In this document: positions 56,733 through 64,000 of the stretch, piece by piece
How the letters are laid out: each line of letters starts with the position of its first letter
Position numbering within the stretch: the first letter of the stretch is position 1
Source: a virus
Taxonomy: Duplodnaviria; Caudoviricetes
IMG/VR virus record: IMGVR_UViG_3300028603_000002
Coordinates: 32,001 to 96,000 of that record
DNA length: 64,000 nt
Strand: one strand, 5' to 3'
Program-made: the position numbers and the translations under genes
The notes under the pieces: generated by a model
What the model saw: only the letters and a program-made list of their open reading frames with translations
Database searches by the model: none
Told to the model about the DNA's origin: nothing

Positions 56733-58817
56733 ATGGAAAAACATGAATTGAAGCACAAAATTACTTTCCTAAAAGTTAAAGGGCTTCATGTTAAACAAGG
56801 TTCTGATTCAGGTAATGATAGCCTAGTACATCAAATCAACCATGAGTTGATGGGTATAGGTTATATACTTGAAAAAGACCTATTTGATAGGTTATGTACT
56901 TTAAAAGAAGGGCAGTTAAATAATGTCTATCATGGAATTGTATCCGCTATAAAAGATGTAGTTGGTGATTCTGATGGATATGAGCCTATCTACAGAAACT
57001 TTCCTCAATCAGTATTAAGCAAGTCTCATTTTGAATTATTCGTCAATGCTATAATTCATTATTGGTCACTTGGTACTTGGAGACCCGAGGATGAAGAATT
57101 TCTTAATAGAGAAGTTAAGTTAGAAAAGGTTGAATTTAAACCTGTTAGATTGCTTATCGATGAACAATTCCACAAAGTATTTGAAAACATTGCTTATAGT
57201 GGTGAATCAATAAGTGCTTTTGATAAGGAAGCTATTGATTTTTATATTGATAATTATGATGCTGTGAATATTGAATTGAGTAAAATCAGGTTCAAAGAAA
57301 CTGCATCATATATTGGTAAGAGATTGATGGATAGTAAAATTCAAATGTTACCAACTAAATCTGCTACTACTGTATTGCGTATAATGAGTGCATATTCTGG
57401 AGGTGATGAGGGATTGAAGGAAAATACTAAATTCAAAAATCCATCAACCAGACAGTGTAATATATTACGTAGGACATTGGAGCAATGTTTTGATTTAGAA
57501 GATTCATTCAAAACATATCGTGAACCATGGTTAAGGTTGTTATTTTACTTGAATCCATTAGCTTCGAATAATGTTAAGAAGTACCCAAACCTTGCAGCAT
57601 ATACTAACCTATTAAGGAATGATCCTGGGTTGTTGGAAACATTCAATGCTAAAGTTGAAAAAGCATTGCAACATAAAAGTCCTGGTATATTTGAATTGTT
57701 GAAACACCGTCCAGGAGTATTTACTAGAAGATTAGATCATTTAGTACGGGTATTTGGTGAAGTTGCAATTGATAATTACCTTCAATTATCAAAATTATCA
57801 TTTGCTAATTTAATTGATGCATATAACCATTTCAGAAGTAGAGACAAAGTACAAAATTCCCGTTCTTCCGTAGTTGCATCAAGTAAAAGAAGCAATGCAC
57901 ATTCATATAAAGCATTAGATGCATTAGATTCAAAACTAGTAGTATCTATTACATCAAAGATCCTTAATAGGATGGTTGATATGAAGGTACAAGGTTTTGA
58001 GGATAAGAAAGTATTCATTGATCGTCAATGGTATTTCAAATCAATTCCAACTAATAATAGAGCGGCTGATTTATCATTAACTCAAAATGCATCATTTGAT
58101 TGTGAGTTATATGATGATAAGAAGAAATGTATCAGGATGTATGTACATTGGCCAGGTAGGTTTGATATTGATTTATCAGGTTGGTTGGTAAATGAAGACA
58201 GAACAGAAGTTCAGAAAATTGGTTGGAATGCTAGATATCATGACAGTGATGGTGCAGTTGTTTATTCAGGTGATAATACAGGTTATAGTGCTAAGAATGC
58301 TGAATACTTAGATATCAATATTCCGAAATTAAAGAAGAAGAGTATTGAGTGGGTAATAACTGAGGCTAGAGTATATCGAGGACCCAAGTTCTCAAAATGG
58401 TCAGGTCAAGGTGTCCATACAGGATTCATGGGTATTGATCATCCTGAAGCAAATAATAGATGGCAACCAAAAACATTGGAAAATGCCATTAAGGTAACAG
58501 TTGATACAGGTAATGTTTATTTAATTGCATTCCATATACCGACTATGAATGTTGTTTATTTAAACTTATCCAGTCCAGATAATAATAGTGTTTCAAATGC
58601 TGATACAGTATTGAAATTCCTAGATATGGTTGAACAAAATGCTGCTTTAGATTCCGGAGCTGTCGAATTTAGAATGTTGGAACTAGGTAGAAAGATAACT
58701 ATTGGTCACGCTATACAGATGAGAATGCCAGCATTATCTGATACGTTAGAAGGAGCGGATGTTGTATTTGATGAAAATACACAAGTTGAAGAACTTCTAA
58801 CAATAGTTAATGACTAA
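56733..58817 (+). CDS. ROT/TROVE-like helical plus C-terminal TerD-domain protein (SCO0854/MXAN_6230-like family, RING absent)
   Basis: PIYRNFP..V, NAIIHYW, RPG.FTRRLDHL.R; TerD motifs DIDLS, YSGD, AEYLDI. Confidence 0.7.
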   Translation: MEKHELKHKITFLKVKGLHVKQGSDSGNDSLVHQINHELMGIGYILEKDLFDRLCTLKEGQLNNVYHGIVSAIKDVVGDSDGYEPIYRNFPQSVLSKSHFELFVNAIIHYWSLGTWRPEDEEFLNREVKLEKVEFKPVRLLIDEQFHKVFENIAYSGESISAFDKEAIDFYIDNYDAVNIELSKIRFKETASYIGKRLMDSKIQMLPTKSATTVLRIMSAYSGGDEGLKENTKFKNPSTRQCNILRRTLEQCFDLEDSFKTYREPWLRLLFYLNPLASNNVKKYPNLAAYTNLLRNDPGLLETFNAKVEKALQHKSPGIFELLKHRPGVFTRRLDHLVRVFGEVAIDNYLQLSKLSFANLIDAYNHFRSRDKVQNSRSSVVASSKRSNAHSYKALDALDSKLVVSITSKILNRMVDMKVQGFEDKKVFIDRQWYFKSIPTNNRAADLSLTQNASFDCELYDDKKKCIRMYVHWPGRFDIDLSGWLVNEDRTEVQKIGWNARYHDSDGAVVYSGDNTGYSAKNAEYLDINIPKLKKKSIEWVITEARVYRGPKFSKWSGQGVHTGFMGIDHPEANNRWQPKTLENAIKVTVDTGNVYLIAFHIPTMNVVYLNLSSPDNNSVSNADTVLKFLDMVEQNAALDSGAVEFRMLELGRKITIGHAIQMRMPALSDTLEGADVVFDENTQVEELLTIVND

Positions 58818-58838
58818 TGTTCAATGTGTTTAGGTGTA

Positions 58839-58878
58839 GGGAAGTATTGGAATTGTTATGATTCCTTACTTCCTTTTT
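58839..58878 (+). terminator. Rho-independent terminator
   Basis: GGAAGTA..GGAAT/ATTCC.TACTTCC followed by TTTTT. Confidence 0.65.
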
Positions 58879-58908
58879 AATATTTATTACTAAAATTGAG
58901 GGATATGA

Positions 58909-59436
58909 GTGATATTAGGTATAGACCCAGGAGGGAATGGTGGAATTTGTTTAATGAATCTAAATGGTGAAATTGTTAAGTATAACAAACTACATCCAAA
59001 AGGTTTTGATGACATTAATTCAATAAAGATTCTTTTAGAAGAATATATGACAACTGATGTATCACATATTTTTTTAGAGGATGTACATGCAATGAGAAAT
59101 GTACAAGCATCGGCTACATTTGGTTTAGGATTTGCATGTGGTTTTATTCGTGCTATATGTTTAATTTCAGAAATAGAAATTAAAATGATTCAACCTAAAG
59201 AATGGCAGAAGATAGTTTGGATTGAAAAGGATATGGTCAGAGAACCAACAAAGAGAAAAAAGAAAGATGGTTCATTCGTGATGAAGACACTAACTAAAGA
59301 AACTTCATTAAACAGTGCAAGAAGAATATGGCCGAATGAAACATTTTTTGCAACAAAGAGGTCGTATACACCGCATGATGGTATTATAGATAGTTGTTTA
59401 ATAGCCTTAGCAGGCACAAAAATAATACAGAAATGA
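58909..59436 (+). CDS. RuvC-like Holliday junction resolvase
   Basis: ILGIDPGGNGG, FLEDVHAM, FGLG, PKEWQK, DGIIDS.LIA. Confidence 0.85.
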   Translation: MILGIDPGGNGGICLMNLNGEIVKYNKLHPKGFDDINSIKILLEEYMTTDVSHIFLEDVHAMRNVQASATFGLGFACGFIRAICLISEIEIKMIQPKEWQKIVWIEKDMVREPTKRKKKDGSFVMKTLTKETSLNSARRIWPNETFFATKRSYTPHDGIIDSCLIALAGTKIIQK

Positions 59437-59669
59437 AAGTTATTAGATATCTTCCGGGAGATGTTATTGGTTATGTAGACGCAACATGTGATGAATGTGG
59501 TTGTGACTTTGAGGTTGAATACGAATACGATGATACACCAATGAATAATAATGCAATATCATTTGAACCGGAAACCGTTATTGAAGAATTATTATTAGAT
59601 GATATTGCGGAATTAATGCTATATGATATGGAATCATTAAAAAAAGCTATTGATAGTGTTAGACAATAA
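59433..59669 (+). CDS. Small acidic hypothetical protein
   Basis: ATGA overlap; CDECG. Confidence 0.5.
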   Translation: MKVIRYLPGDVIGYVDATCDECGCDFEVEYEYDDTPMNNNAISFEPETVIEELLLDDIAELMLYDMESLKKAIDSVRQ

Positions 59670-59922
59670 CTACATTCTAAATCTATTATTATACTATGTT
59701 ATCATTGCCATGGTAATAGATTTCCTATTATCCAGGTTACGATTGTACGTAAATGATGTAAATCTAAGCACACATATACCACCAGAATTAAGATTACTAA
59801 TAGCAGCTTGTTGGCCAATATGCGCAGCAATAGCTATATGTATTTTTATAGTGCTTATATTCATATTCATAGGAGGTGTAATATACGGTATTATAGAAAC
59901 AATTAAAAATATGAGAAAATGA
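59650..59922 (+). CDS. Two-TM membrane protein
   Basis: Hydrophobic segments, WP motif. Confidence 0.55.
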   Translation: MIVLDNNYILNLLLYYVIIAMVIDFLLSRLRLYVNDVNLSTHIPPELRLLIAACWPICAAIAICIFIVLIFIFIGGVIYGIIETIKNMRK

Positions 59923-60173
59923 AATACTTATTACTTTTTCTATTGATTATTTTAATATATGGTTGCGCGGAACCATTAAACATACAAGAATGTATAACTG
60001 AAACACCCGCTGGATTTTGGTCGGGTCTTATACATGGTCTTATTGCTCCTTTTACTTTCATAATTAGTTGTTTCAATGATTCGATAACTATGTATGAAGT
60101 AAACAATATAGGTGCCTGGTATGATTTTGGATTTGTACTTGGATCAGGAATACTAGTTGGAAGTTCAAGATAA
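59919..60173 (+). CDS. Small membrane lipoprotein
   Basis: Lipobox IYGC; PAGFWSGL.HG.IAP..F, YE..N.G.WYDFGF.LG. Confidence 0.7.
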   Translation: MKYLLLFLLIILIYGCAEPLNIQECITETPAGFWSGLIHGLIAPFTFIISCFNDSITMYEVNNIGAWYDFGFVLGSGILVGSSR

Positions 60174-60184
60174 AATGCAAAGAA

Positions 60185-60574
60185 ATGAAATTCCTATTTA
60201 AATTAGTTTTAACGGTAGTTTTTTGTTTTAGCATATCCTTTGTTTATTCTCAACAGAACTCACGTTACATTAGAGTATACATAACCAAATCATATGAATA
60301 TGCGGGAAGAGTTGGAGCCAAAATAACATTCGTTGATAATATCTCACAGTGTGATTGTGTTATTAAGTTAACTAAATCAAATAACCAAAGATATATAGCT
60401 AGAGAAGAAGAGTATTGGAATGTAGTTAATAGTATACATATGGCTGATTTAATTGTTAGAGAATATACATATCAATCTAGTTTTAACCATGTTAAATTGG
60501 TGAGGATATATGTAGAAGAAAATCATAATAGAATTATACCAATGAATAAGTTATGTTCAAGGTTTTTTAGGTAG
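60185..60574 (+). CDS. Secreted DUF6150-like protein
   Basis: Signal peptide; repeated V.....AD/CD..V, W.VV. Confidence 0.45.
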   Translation: MKFLFKLVLTVVFCFSISFVYSQQNSRYIRVYITKSYEYAGRVGAKITFVDNISQCDCVIKLTKSNNQRYIAREEEYWNVVNSIHMADLIVREYTYQSSFNHVKLVRIYVEENHNRIIPMNKLCSRFFR

Positions 60575-60614
60575 TATAATTTGGTTAATTCAATTATTTC
60601 TATTATTTTTATAT

Positions 60615-60962
60615 ATGGATTGGAAAAAAGAAGTATACAAAGAAGTTTTAAAACTGGGTGGTGTATTTGAAAATTTGTCTGAAGTATCAGTTGAATATCT
60701 TCAAGTCATACATAGGATCAATAAAAAAATAGGAAATAAATTCCCAGCAACATTGGGGAATAAAGCTGAAGATTTAATTGAGATTTTTGATAATGCTCCA
60801 TTACAAATAACATTTCATAAAGCAGCATTATATACTACAACATTTGAAGAAGAGTATGGTATAAAAATGACGCCTGAATTAATGTATGATTTAGCTTGTA
60901 TAATATGTAACATAGATACGGAGGCACAATGCAGAAGAACAATATCAGCTATTTGTGGATGA
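60615..60962 (+). CDS. Hypothetical protein
   Basis: Preceded by the promoter motif at 60580. Confidence 0.55.
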   Translation: MDWKKEVYKEVLKLGGVFENLSEVSVEYLQVIHRINKKIGNKFPATLGNKAEDLIEIFDNAPLQITFHKAALYTTTFEEEYGIKMTPELMYDLACIICNIDTEAQCRRTISAICG

Positions 60963-61193
60963 ATATGATGAAAGGAACATTAATAAAAAGTACGATGAAT
61001 GACGTTCTTAATGAAATAAAGAAGAAGAAACGTGGAAAAGTACGAAGAAATAAAGAAACTATACGAAAAGCTAAAACCTAATCAGCAAATCATTTTCGAT
61101 CATTATTATGATCCAAATAGATCTATATCGGTTCATTTGCATAATAGTATAGTTGAAATGCTGAAGAGATTGTAAACCAAATTTTTAAACAAT

Positions 61194-61637
61194 ATGAAAA
61201 GTTTTTTATTTACTTTATTAATGTTGTGCAGTGTTTTTGCATTTGCGCAAGAGGAACAATCCTCAAACACTCCAATTAATCAAGGTGATTTTTTGGTAGG
61301 TGCTACACAGATTTCAGGAACTTCAATTTCTGATATTGCTTTCAGTCCTTCAGTTGGATATGCAATAACAGATCAGATAGTACTTGGAGTATCTTCACTA
61401 CAAGGTGGAGACGGTGATTGGTCAGGAGGTATTTTTGGTAGATATTACTTAGATTCTCCTTTCTTTGCTGGTGCTTCTTTAGGTTATGATTCAAATACTG
61501 AAGATGCTCAAGTAGGAATTGCCGGTGGTATTACAGGATTTGTTTGTCGAACAGTATTTTTTGAACCAGTTATTAATATTGCATTTGGTGATGAAACGAC
61601 GTTTGGATTAGCATTAAACTTAGGAATTAGATTTTAA
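61194..61637 (+). CDS. Small outer-membrane beta-barrel protein
   Basis: Signal peptide ..FAFAQ, amphipathic strands, PSVGY, FGRYY, FFEP, C-terminal LGIRF. Confidence 0.8.
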   Translation: MKSFLFTLLMLCSVFAFAQEEQSSNTPINQGDFLVGATQISGTSISDIAFSPSVGYAITDQIVLGVSSLQGGDGDWSGGIFGRYYLDSPFFAGASLGYDSNTEDAQVGIAGGITGFVCRTVFFEPVINIAFGDETTFGLALNLGIRF

Positions 61638-61664
61638 GTTTTCATTTTAATTGATTTATAGTGG

Positions 61665-61700
61665 ATAGGGGTGGATAGTATTATTCATCCCTATTTTTTT
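61665..61700. terminator. Hairpin between convergent genes
   Basis: ATAGGGGTGGATA/TATTCATCCCTAT followed by a T run. Confidence 0.6.
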
Positions 61701-62110
61701 GATTTTGGTGTAATAGAAGATGTGAAAGCAATTGCATTCTCATGAAGGATTTTTGTTAAATGCTCTATTTCCTGAGTTTTTAACAATATTTCCGACTCCA
61801 GAGTAAATATCAATTTATCTTTTTCAGAAATAATGGCATCTTTTGATTCAATTGCTACTTTCAGTATTTCAACTTGATGTGATAAAGTAACAATCTTTTC
61901 ATGAAGATTTTTAATCTGATCGGTCATAGACACAATAGATGATAGATACTCGTCGGATATATTCTTAACTGTTGTAAATTCAGATGATGAAGTATCAACA
62001 TCTTTCTGACGTCTTCTAAACTTATAGAAAGCTAAGGTAGAAATAATTCCAATTAGTATATTGATTAGAGAAGTTAAATAAGGTGATAGTAAATCAATAA
62101 TTGGTTGCAT
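61691..62110 (-). CDS. N-terminal TM plus coiled-coil protein (holin-like architecture); only credible minus-strand gene
   Basis: Single TM, RRRQK, heptad repeats; TATTTAT upstream on the minus strand. Confidence 0.65.
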   Translation of the reverse strand: MQPIIDLLSPYLTSLINILIGIISTLAFYKFRRRQKDVDTSSSEFTTVKNISDEYLSSIVSMTDQIKNLHEKIVTLSHQVEILKVAIESKDAIISEKDKLIFTLESEILLKTQEIEHLTKILHENAIAFTSSITPKSKK

Positions 62111-62192
62111 GTATATTATCTCGTTATTTTTTGTGGTGATCTCTTTAATAAATATATAGTTGTAAACCCTACTTAATGATATACAAAAAATA

Positions 62193-62224
62193 TTTGGAAA
62201 TTTAATTTTTTTTATTTATCTTTA
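62193..62224 (+). promoter_or_regulatory. Promoter TTTGG-N19-TATCTTTA
   Basis: Repeated fixed-spacing motif. Confidence 0.7.
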
Positions 62225-62241
62225 TTGAAAATTTACATTAT

Positions 62242-62484
62242 ATGTCGAAGTATAACACTATTGATAGGAAGATTAAAGTGCATCATGTGCGACATGCTGG
62301 CAATTTATCACAATTAGAAGAAGCGATTGATAAATGTATTAGCGAAATTAAAAAATTACATGGTGATTTGTATGAAATAACCGATATACAAATAACGGGA
62401 GGCGTCGAGAACGGATGCGGACATACTGCATTCATCATTTATACAGTACCAAATTCTTGGGAAGATTCGGATGGGCCGGCTTAA
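62242..62484 (+). CDS. Hypothetical protein
   Basis: ORF after promoter. Confidence 0.55.
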   Translation: MSKYNTIDRKIKVHHVRHAGNLSQLEEAIDKCISEIKKLHGDLYEITDIQITGGVENGCGHTAFIIYTVPNSWEDSDGPA

Positions 62485-62512
62485 CATATTACTAACATAA
62501 AATATTTTAATC

Positions 62513-62824
62513 ATGAAAGTACATTTTGAAAACAACGAAGAGTACACGTTTAAATTCTATCAGCGTTCTCCAAATTCAGTAACAAGTAAAATCAGTACAA
62601 TTGCTAAAACTAAATCGGCTATACAAAAACCAGGGACTTCTTGTGTTTTATTAAAAGGAGATCAAAAGTTGGATGAAGTGCATTTAGCATTGCATCACAA
62701 AGATAGATTTGAAAGAAAGGTTGGTAGGAAGTATGCATTAATTGAAATTATGGATAGGCAACAATTCACAAGAGAACAACGCAAGAAAATCTGGAATGAG
62801 TATCTGAAGAAACATAAAGTATAG
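62513..62824 (+). CDS. Hypothetical phage protein
   Basis: KDRFERKVGRKYAL...R..IW..Y motif common in phages. Confidence 0.6.
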   Translation: MKVHFENNEEYTFKFYQRSPNSVTSKISTIAKTKSAIQKPGTSCVLLKGDQKLDEVHLALHHKDRFERKVGRKYALIEIMDRQQFTREQRKKIWNEYLKKHKV

Positions 62825-62846
62825 ATGAAAAATATCTGACCAGATA

Positions 62847-62878
62847 TTTGGCTATTTGCTATATTTTACTTATCTTTA
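62847..62878 (+). promoter_or_regulatory. Promoter TTTGG-N19-TATCTTTA
   Basis: Repeated motif; implies the next gene starts at ATG 62898. Confidence 0.7.
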
Positions 62879-62897
62879 TTATAGAAATAATGAAGAG

Positions 62898-63290
62898 ATG
62901 AAATTACATACCTTTAGAAACTTGCTAATAGTAGAGATAAATGATATCAAAAAGATGTCCACTCCAGATGAATTAGCAAGATTAACTACCGAGAACCTAC
63001 AGAGCACGAGTCTAACGCATTCAATTTTTGGGCAGTTAACTGGATACTCATTATCAGATAGAGCCCAGGATATTCAACCTAAAGTGTTTGGAGGGTTAAA
63101 TTTTACACACAGTGATGGTTGGAAGTTAGATATAGAAGCAGGACAATATACTATACTTGAAAGGTATATGATGCTAGCAAACAAAACATCCCAGGAAAAT
63201 GTTATTAGATATTTAAAGGGTGAAGTGGACACTCTAATCCTAGATTTCACGAACATATCACAATATTTAGTAAACGATGAGACAATATAA
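62898..63290 (+). CDS. Hypothetical protein
   Basis: ATG downstream of promoter; SIFGQLTG motif. Confidence 0.55.
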   Translation: MKLHTFRNLLIVEINDIKKMSTPDELARLTTENLQSTSLTHSIFGQLTGYSLSDRAQDIQPKVFGGLNFTHSDGWKLDIEAGQYTILERYMMLANKTSQENVIRYLKGEVDTLILDFTNISQYLVNDETI

Positions 63291-63516
63291 GAAATGGGAT
63301 GATGTAGAGAAAGGGTGCAAAGCATTGATAAGATGGATAGTTAGTTGTGAAACGAAGGAGCAGTTGAGAAATGTCGGGTTATTTGCAGCTAAGTATATCG
63401 ATACAATACCTGATTATTATATAAATATGCGTATTCTATCAAATTACATAGGTAGGATTATTCAAGCACTTGACATGAAAAAAGATGAAATCAGACGAGC
63501 GACAAAAAATTCATGA
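63277..63516 (+). CDS. Hypothetical protein
   Basis: ORF track. Confidence 0.5.
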   Translation: MRQYKKWDDVEKGCKALIRWIVSCETKEQLRNVGLFAAKYIDTIPDYYINMRILSNYIGRIIQALDMKKDEIRRATKNS

Positions 63517-64000
63517 TTTTGCTAAAGTTAATTTAGCCAATTACAATTATACTATCATAGATTTTATAATTGACGCACATGGCGATCAAAAACGCAAATA
63601 TACAGGTGAACCATATGTATATCACCCTATACAGGTTTCTTCTATTTGTGAAAAGTATGGTATTGATTTATATGGGTGCATTGCTGCATTGTTGCATGAT
63701 GTTGTGGAAGATACCGACCGTGGTTTTAATGATATACATAACATGCTAACTACTGTACTGGTTAAAAGACGTTCTATCAGTTTCGTAATGAAATACGTTA
63801 TTGATTTAACTGATGTTTATGATAAAACAGCATATCCGGAATTAAATCGGAGAGAACGTAAATCATTAGAAAGGAATAGATTGGCTCAAATAGATTCAGT
63901 TTCACAATCTATTAAATACGCAGATATCATACATAATACATCTTCAATTATATTACACGATCCTAATTTTGCTAAAGTATATCTGAAAGAAATAAAAGAT
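63485..64000 (+). CDS. HD-domain small alarmone hydrolase (SpoT/MESH1-like), truncated at window end, not in the ORF track
   Basis: AHGDQKRKYTGEPYVYHP, AALLHDVVEDT, LTD, IKYADIIHN. Confidence 0.88.
   Translation, partial: MKSDERQKIHDFAKVNLANYNYTIIDFIIDAHGDQKRKYTGEPYVYHPIQVSSICEKYGIDLYGCIAALLHDVVEDTDRGFNDIHNMLTTVLVKRRSISFVMKYVIDLTDVYDKTAYPELNRRERKSLERNRLAQIDSVSQSIKYADIIHNTSSIILHDPNFAKVYLKEIKD

Noticed and set aside
3126-63325. Most minus-strand and nested ORFs in the track
   Set aside because: They are antisense or frame shadows of well-supported + strand genes or RNAs and have no motifs. Only 61691-62110 is retained.
1-64000. Amber (TAG) stop-codon reassignment suggested by the CUA tRNA-like gene
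   Set aside because: Conserved genes are full length under code 11, and TAG ends genes at natural boundaries (e.g. 11500, 15985, 54050, 62824).

Overview
A strongly AT-rich, gene-dense 64-kb segment of a large (jumbo-type) tailed dsDNA phage, almost entirely + strand and with standard genetic code. The host is probably Bacteroidota: there are at least 7 copies of a TTTGG-N19-TAnnTTTA promoter, plus DUF4494 and a Bacteroidota-type beta-barrel. In order: (1) end of a structural region; (2) a T4-like replication/recombination module (divergent PolA, SSB, UvsX/RecA, RNase H/5'-exonuclease, helicase, class II RNR, PolB, clamp, clamp loader); (3) a 7-deazaguanine cluster (queE, folE, two queC, dpdA/tgt-like, distal queD) with an SbnA/SbnB-type 2,3-diaminopropionate pathway embedded in it; (4) a sugar-nucleotide pathway and about 10 glycosyltransferases; (5) an approximately 8.5-kb RNA cluster with tmRNA, tRNAs for all 20 amino acids, several architecturally abnormal tRNAs and unnamed structured RNAs; (6) a TROVE-like/TerD protein; (7) accessory genes including an Acb1-like 2H phosphoesterase and an HD alarmone hydrolase. 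The three strongest candidates for new biology are: (a) a Dap-conjugated 7-deazaguanine DNA modification; (b) a five-copy covarying RNA motif, one copy inserted precisely into a tRNA-Gln and one in the 5' leader of the TROVE-like/TerD gene, suggesting a new Y-RNA-like RNP; (c) two D-armless tRNAs whose D-remnant pairs with an enlarged variable arm. All calls are from visual motif recognition; no searches were run.
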